NCBI RefSeq assembly: GCF_042660085.1
Contig: NZ_JBHSTI010000008.1
Coordinates: 990,001-1,022,000 of the forward strand
Origin: Longivirga aurantiaca
Lineage (GTDB): Bacteria; Actinomycetota; Actinomycetes; S36-B12; CAIYMF01
Direction: 5' to 3'
Length of the DNA: 32,000 nucleotides
The notes under the pieces are model-generated. The model saw nothing but the letters and a program-made list of their open reading frames with translations. It did no database searches and was not told where the DNA came from. The position numbers and the translations under genes were made by a program. This document shows, one piece after another, positions 27,002 to 32,000 of this stretch (the first letter of the stretch is position 1; each line of letters begins with the position of its first letter).

Positions 27002-29572
27002 ATGGGTGGTCTGTCCCGCTGGGCAGTGCGCAAGCCGTGGTGGGCGCTCCTCGCGTTCATCGTGCTGGCCGGAGTCATCGGATTCCTCGGCAGCGTCAAG
27101 GGCGGTGAGCTCAAGGACTCCTTCGAGCTCCCCGACACCGAGTCGCTGCAGGCGCAGCAGCTGCTCGAGCAGCTGCCCGCCGGCACCGGCGGCGACGTCA
27201 ACGCGATCACCGCCACGGTCGTGTGGTCGCCCGACACCGACGGCGCGCCCGCGGTCGACCCGGCCACCGCCGAGGCGATCACCGGGATGCTCACGACCAT
27301 CTCCAAGGTCGAGGGCGTCTCCTGCGTGACCAACCCGTTCGACCAGACCGGCGCCGGCCTCGGTGTCGACTGCCCGGCCCCGCAGGGTCCGCCGGACCTC
27401 TCCCAGGTGCCCGCCGAGCAGCAGGAGGCCTTCAAGGCTGCGCTGCTCGCCTCCCAGCAGGCGCTCTCGCCGATCTCGCCCGACGGTCACGTGGCCAAGG
27501 CCACCATCACCTTCGACGGCGGCGAGGCCGGCGACGAGGTCTCCACCGAGACCGCCAAGGCCGTCATCGACGCAGTCAAGGCCGCCAACGCCGAGGACGG
27601 CATCACCGTCGGCGCCAGCGGCCAGGTGCTCGCGTTCGCCGGTCAGGAGCCCCCGAGCTCCGAGGCCGTGGGCATGCTCGTGGCGCTGGTGATCCTGCTC
27701 ATCGCGTTCGGCTCGTTCCTCGCGGCCGGCCTGCCGCTGCTCACCGCCGGCATCGGCGTCGGCCTCGGTGCCAGCCTGCTGCTCTACGTCGCGAACTTCT
27801 ACGACGTCGCCACCTTCGCCCCCACGCTCGCGGCCATGATCGGTCTCGGCGTCGGCATCGACTACTCGCTGTTCGTCATCAACCGCTACCGCCAGGCGAT
27901 CCTCGCCGGGCATGAGCCGAAGAAGGCCGCGCTCGAGGCGGTCAACACCTCCGGCCGTGCCGTCGTCTTCGCGGCGTCCACGGTGATCATCGGCCTGCTC
28001 GGCCTGCTGTTCATGGGCATCGGCTTCTTCACCGGTCTCGCCTTCGCGGCCACCGGCACGGTGGTGCTCGTCATGCTGTCGGCCGTCTGGCTGCTGCCCG
28101 CGATCCTGTCGCTGCTCGGCAACAGGGCGGTCGATCCCGTGTCGCTGCTCATCAGCCGCGGCCTGCGCACCCCCGGTCGTCCGCGCCTGGTCACCCTGGC
28201 GACCCTGCTCGTGGTGACCGCCCTGATCTCGCTGGGCGTCCTCGCCAATGCGACGGCCGAGATCGGGCAGAAGGCCGTCGGCGTCGGCGTCGTGGTCGGT
28301 GCTGTGGCGCTCGTCGTGCTGCTCTCGCCGTTCTTCTACAAGATCACCCGGCACGCGCGGCACGACGGCGAGCCGTGGCACCCCGAGGGCGGCCGCTGGG
28401 CCCACTACGCCCGGCTCATCCAGAAGCGCCCGATCATCCCCGCGATCCTGTCGCTCGCCGCGGTCCTGATGCTCGCCGTCCCGGCGCTCAGCCTGCGGCT
28501 CGGCTTCCCCGACGACTCGGGCACGCCCGAGGGCAGCATCAGCCGCATCGCGTACGACCTGCAGACCGAGGGCTTCGGCGCCGGCTCCAACGGCCCGTTC
28601 CTCGTCGCGGTGCAGCTGCCGCAGAACGGCGACGTCGCCGGCCTCGGCGCCATCGTCGGGGCCCTCGAGCAGACCGAGGGCGTCGCCGCCGTCGTCCCGA
28701 GCACCGCGATGCTGCCGATCATGGGCGCCCAGCTGCAGGACTCGGACGTCACCGCGATCCAGGTCGTGCCCACGACCGGCCCGCAGGACGTCAAGACCGA
28801 CGAGCTGCTCGACCGCCTGCGCGAGGAGACCCTCCCGCCCGTGCGCGAGTCCACCTCGGCCGAGGCGTACGTCGGCGGGGCCACCGCCATCGTCGCGGAC
28901 TTCAGCACGGTCCTGACCGACGCCATGCCGCTTTTCCTCAGCGTGGTGGTGGGCCTGGGCTTCATCATGCTGCTGATCCTGTTCCGCTCGGCCGTCGTGT
29001 CGCTGACCGCCGTCGTGACGTCGCTGCTCAGCTTCGCGGCGTCCACCGGCATCACCGTCGCGGTGTTCCAGTGGGGCTGGCTCAACGACATCCTCGGGGT
29101 CACCGGGACGGGGCCGATCTTCCCGTTCCTGCCCGTCATGGTGTTCGCGATCCTGTTCGGCCTCTCGATGGACTACCACGTCTTCCTCGTGAGCCGCATG
29201 CAGGAGGAGTGGTCGCGCACGCACGACAACGCGGTCGCCGTACGCCGTGGCCTCGCCGGATCCGGCAAGGTCGTGCTGATGGCCGCGCTCATCATGTTCA
29301 GCGTGTTCGCGGCGTTCATCCCGACCCCGGACAACACGATCAAGCTGTTCGGCGTGGCGCTCGCCTCGGCGGTCCTCGTGGACGCGTTCCTGATCCGCCT
29401 GATCTTCGTGCCGGCGTTCATGTCGATGCTCGGCAAGGCCAACTGGTGGCTGCCCGCATGGCTCGCCAACCGGCTGCCTCACTTCGACGTCGAGGGCGGC
29501 GCGGACGAGATCGCCGACGACCAGGAGCCCGATTCGGTCGGCGGCGAGAAGGAACCCGCGAACGTGCACTGA
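27002..29572 (+). CDS. MMPL family RND transporter
   Basis: GVGIDYSLFVINRYRQ and GLSMDYHVFLVSRMQEEW paired TM motifs; 856 aa, two repeats of TM bundles. Confidence 0.94.
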   Translation: MGGLSRWAVRKPWWALLAFIVLAGVIGFLGSVKGGELKDSFELPDTESLQAQQLLEQLPAGTGGDVNAITATVVWSPDTDGAPAVDPATAEAITGMLTTISKVEGVSCVTNPFDQTGAGLGVDCPAPQGPPDLSQVPAEQQEAFKAALLASQQALSPISPDGHVAKATITFDGGEAGDEVSTETAKAVIDAVKAANAEDGITVGASGQVLAFAGQEPPSSEAVGMLVALVILLIAFGSFLAAGLPLLTAGIGVGLGASLLLYVANFYDVATFAPTLAAMIGLGVGIDYSLFVINRYRQAILAGHEPKKAALEAVNTSGRAVVFAASTVIIGLLGLLFMGIGFFTGLAFAATGTVVLVMLSAVWLLPAILSLLGNRAVDPVSLLISRGLRTPGRPRLVTLATLLVVTALISLGVLANATAEIGQKAVGVGVVVGAVALVVLLSPFFYKITRHARHDGEPWHPEGGRWAHYARLIQKRPIIPAILSLAAVLMLAVPALSLRLGFPDDSGTPEGSISRIAYDLQTEGFGAGSNGPFLVAVQLPQNGDVAGLGAIVGALEQTEGVAAVVPSTAMLPIMGAQLQDSDVTAIQVVPTTGPQDVKTDELLDRLREETLPPVRESTSAEAYVGGATAIVADFSTVLTDAMPLFLSVVVGLGFIMLLILFRSAVVSLTAVVTSLLSFAASTGITVAVFQWGWLNDILGVTGTGPIFPFLPVMVFAILFGLSMDYHVFLVSRMQEEWSRTHDNAVAVRRGLAGSGKVVLMAALIMFSVFAAFIPTPDNTIKLFGVALASAVLVDAFLIRLIFVPAFMSMLGKANWWLPAWLANRLPHFDVEGGADEIADDQEPDSVGGEKEPANVH

Positions 29573-29686
29573 CGTCATACTGGTGGTGGCCGAGCGAGAG
29601 CCCGGCCGCCCGCACGCAGAGACCCGGGGGAAGTGCGACATCGTCGGTCGCACGGCAACGGGGGAGTCGTGCGACAGGCGACATGA

Positions 29687-29730
29687 AGGCCCGGGACGCA
29701 CGCATCCGCGAGGGTGGGCGTCCCGGGCCT
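29687..29730 (+). terminator. Stem-loop between MMPL and VOC genes
   Basis: AGGCCCGGGACGC / GCGTCCCGGGCCT, 13-bp perfect stem. Confidence 0.5.
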
Positions 29731-29820
29731 CCGTGCGTCGTCACCGCGATCGCCTCGCCCCGCCGGTGTGTCCGACCCCGCGTATGCCGCTGGGCGCCGA
29801 CCTCGGGGGACCATGGGCGC

Positions 29821-30231
29821 ATGAGCCGCCGCGGGACGCTGCACCACCTCGAGATCTGGGTGCCCGACCTGGCGCGGGCCGAGGCCTCGTGGGGCTGGCT
29901 GCTCGAGCGGCTCGGCTACACCCTCGACGCCAGCTGGCCCGCGGGGCGCACCTGGCTGCTGGGCACGGCGTACCTCTCGATCGAGGCGGGCCCGGACGTC
30001 GTCGAGGGGCCGCACGAGCGCCTGCGGCCCGGCATGAACCATGTGGCGTTCTGGGCCGGCTCCCGTACGGAGGTCGACGCCCTCGTGGTCGAGTCGGGGC
30101 ATCACGGGTGGACGCTGCTGTTCGCCGAGCGGCATCCGTACGCCGGCGGTCCCGAGCACTATGCGGCGTACCTCGCAGACCCGGACGGCTACGAGGTCGA
30201 GCTGGTCGCCGACCCCCTCGGCATCGCCTGA
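29821..30231 (+). CDS. VOC/glyoxalase superfamily protein
   Basis: LHHLEIWVPDLARAEASWGWLLERLGY; MNHVAFWAGSRTEVDAL; AYLADPDGYEVELV. Confidence 0.88.
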   Translation: MSRRGTLHHLEIWVPDLARAEASWGWLLERLGYTLDASWPAGRTWLLGTAYLSIEAGPDVVEGPHERLRPGMNHVAFWAGSRTEVDALVVESGHHGWTLLFAERHPYAGGPEHYAAYLADPDGYEVELVADPLGIA

Positions 30232-30256
30232 GGCACGACCACCCGCCCCCGTCACC

Positions 30257-30303
30257 CTGATCGATCCGTCGCTTCCCGGCCCCGGAAACGACGGATCGAT
30301 CAG
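30257..30303. terminator. Bidirectional terminator-like palindrome, copy 2 of a repeated element
   Basis: CTGATCGATCCGTCG / CGACGGATCGATCAG, 15-bp perfect stem between convergent VOC and acyltransferase genes. Confidence 0.8.
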
Positions 30304-30324
30304 TCTGAGCGACAGGGGCGTCGA

Positions 30325-32000
30325 CTAGTTCGAGAGGGCGGCCTTCTTCACGAAGTTGCCGAAGTACGGCTTGCCCTTCTCGGTGAGGTGCAGGCCGTCC
30401 TTGAACCAGCCGTCCTTGTCGGTGGAGTAGGTGCGCCAGTCGGCGAGCACGACGTTGTCGTGCCGCGAGGCGACCGCGGCCATCACCTGGTTGCTCGGCT
30501 TCACCCACGCGAACCGCGCCGTCGAGGTGACGAGCACGATGCGGGTGCGGTCGCCGAGCTGGGCGATGGTGGCCTCGAGCCGGTCCTCGGACACCGGGCC
30601 CGCCGTGCCCATGTGCATCACGACGATCGGGCGCAGGGTGCCGCGGGCCAGGCTCGCGAGCACGGCGTCCTGCATGTTCGCGGGCGACCGGTTGATCGCG
30701 GCATCGAGCTTCACGCCCGGCAGGATCGCGCGGAGCGCGTCGGCCGACCACAGGGTGACGGAGTCGCCGTACCAGCTGATGTCGCCGGTACCGAGGCCCT
30801 CGGTCGAGCGCTTCTCGCCCGGGGGGAGGACGACCGGGGGCTTCGAGCTCGCGCTCGGCTTCGGCGTGGGCGTGGTCGACGGCTTGCTCGAGGGCGTGGT
30901 CGACGGCTTCGTGGACGGCGACATGCTCGGCGCAGCGGTCGGTGAGGCGTCGTCCGAGATGGCCTCGGTGGAGCCGTACTCGCCGTACGCGGCCGCCACG
31001 GGATCGGTCTTGGGCAGCGTCGCGAACGACGCCACGAGGGCCGCGGCCACGGCGGTCGTCACGAGCAGCGTGCCGATGGTGGCGCCGCGGCGCGGGACCA
31101 CGGCGTCCACCGGTCCGACGGTGCGCGCGCGCTCGCGCATCGATGCCACGGCCTTCCCGATCGCGCCGTGGCGGATGGGCACCTCGACGTACCGGTACGA
31201 CAGCGCGGCGACGCCGAGGGTCAGGGCGACCCGGCCGACGTCGACGAGCGGGCCCTCCCATGGGATGTCCACGCCCGGCCGTGTCACCAGGAGGATCGGC
31301 CAGTGCCAGAGGTAGATGCCGTACGACCGCTCGCCGACCCACCGCATCGGGGCGACGTCGAGCAGGCGCCCGATCGGTGCGCCGGGGTGGGTTGCCGAGG
31401 CGATGACCAGCGCGAAGACCGCTGCGGCGAGGAGGAACCCGCCGCGGTAGAGCCACGGGGTGTACTCCGTGATGGTGACGAACAGCCACGCCGTCATCGC
31501 GAGCCCGACGACGCCGGCGCCGATCATGGCCGTGCGGGCGCCGGCGGGGATGGTGGTGCGGAAATGGGCGGGGCGCCACACCGTGGCCAGCGCCGCCCCG
31601 AGCAGCACCGACATCGCGTGCGTGTCGGTGCCGAAGTAGACGCGGGTCGGGTCGGCGTCGAGGGGCATGCCGCGCGAGATCGACAGCCACGACATCCAGA
31701 GCGTGGAGGCGACCGCGCCGCCGAGCGCAACGATCAGCACGAGGCGCCGCCGCGACAGCCCGCGCCGGTTGGCGAACCAGCAGAGCCCGCCCAGGATCAC
31801 CGGCCACAGCAGGTAGAACTGCTCCTCGACCGCGAGCGACCACAGGTGCGCGAGCACGTTTCCGCGCCCGATCAGCTCGAAGTAGGACTGCTCCTGCCCG
31901 AGCGCCCACCAGTTGCTGATGTAGAGCGCGGCGCCGGGGAGGTCGCGCAGGAACTGCTCGGCCACGTCGTTCGCGACCGTCGACACGAGGATCGCCGTGC
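30325..32000 (-). CDS. Acyltransferase 3 (OafA/OatA-like) with C-terminal SGNH-type domain, 5' end outside window
   Basis: HLWSLAVEEQFYLLWPV; YGIYLWHWPI; SGNH motif ISWYGDSVTLW and GWFKDGLHLTEKGKPYF; Ser/Thr/Pro/Lys-rich linker. Confidence 0.92.
   Translation of the reverse strand, partial: TAILVSTVANDVAEQFLRDLPGAALYISNWWALGQEQSYFELIGRGNVLAHLWSLAVEEQFYLLWPVILGGLCWFANRRGLSRRRLVLIVALGGAVASTLWMSWLSISRGMPLDADPTRVYFGTDTHAMSVLLGAALATVWRPAHFRTTIPAGARTAMIGAGVVGLAMTAWLFVTITEYTPWLYRGGFLLAAAVFALVIASATHPGAPIGRLLDVAPMRWVGERSYGIYLWHWPILLVTRPGVDIPWEGPLVDVGRVALTLGVAALSYRYVEVPIRHGAIGKAVASMRERARTVGPVDAVVPRRGATIGTLLVTTAVAAALVASFATLPKTDPVAAAYGEYGSTEAISDDASPTAAPSMSPSTKPSTTPSSKPSTTPTPKPSASSKPPVVLPPGEKRSTEGLGTGDISWYGDSVTLWSADALRAILPGVKLDAAINRSPANMQDAVLASLARGTLRPIVVMHMGTAGPVSEDRLEATIAQLGDRTRIVLVTSTARFAWVKPSNQVMAAVASRHDNVVLADWRTYSTDKDGWFKDGLHLTEKGKPYFGNFVKKAALSN

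Noticed and set aside
26867-29701. 944-aa minus-strand ORF opposite the MMPL gene
   Set aside because: Antisense shadow of a clear MMPL transporter, no domain signal.
1-32000. CRISPR array, tRNA/rRNA genes, transposon or prophage genes, toxin-antitoxin or defence system
   Set aside because: No regularly spaced repeats, no tRNA-like cloverleaf noticed, no transposase/integrase motifs. The Lhr helicase is in a conserved repair gene context rather than a defence cassette. Very small or divergent elements could be missed without tools.

Overview
This 32 kb high-GC window is actinobacterial and looks like an ordinary conserved chromosomal core region. It reads thyX-dapA-rnj, ftsK, RodZ-like HTH, rimO-pgsA-cinA, GNAT, clgR-like XRE, tetR, nei-type glycosylase, F420/NADP oxidoreductase-like gene, lhr-type helicase, small membrane ORF, DHA2-type MFS/marR, class II aldolase, DUF3046, recA-recX, marR/MMPL, VOC protein and an acyltransferase-SGNH gene. 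The last gene and the FAD oxidoreductase at the left edge are truncated by the window. I found no CRISPR array, rRNA, tRNA, transposase, prophage or recognisable defence system, and no convincing undescribed multi-gene system. The most interesting signals are non-coding: (1) a 62-nt near-perfect palindrome (17-bp perfect outer stem) between the divergent lhr and small membrane-protein genes; (2) two copies of a shared terminator-like palindrome (TGATCGATCCGTCGCTTCC...CGACGGATCGAYCAGT) between two unrelated convergent gene pairs; (3) two or three repeated operator-like dyads between marR and MMPL; (4) a recurring -10-like hexamer 6-7 nt before the start codon, suggesting leaderless promoters; (5) a MarR-type dyad over overlapping divergent ATG codons; (6) two stem-loops in the MMPL-VOC gap. 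All identifications come from reading sequence and motifs. No database search was run.
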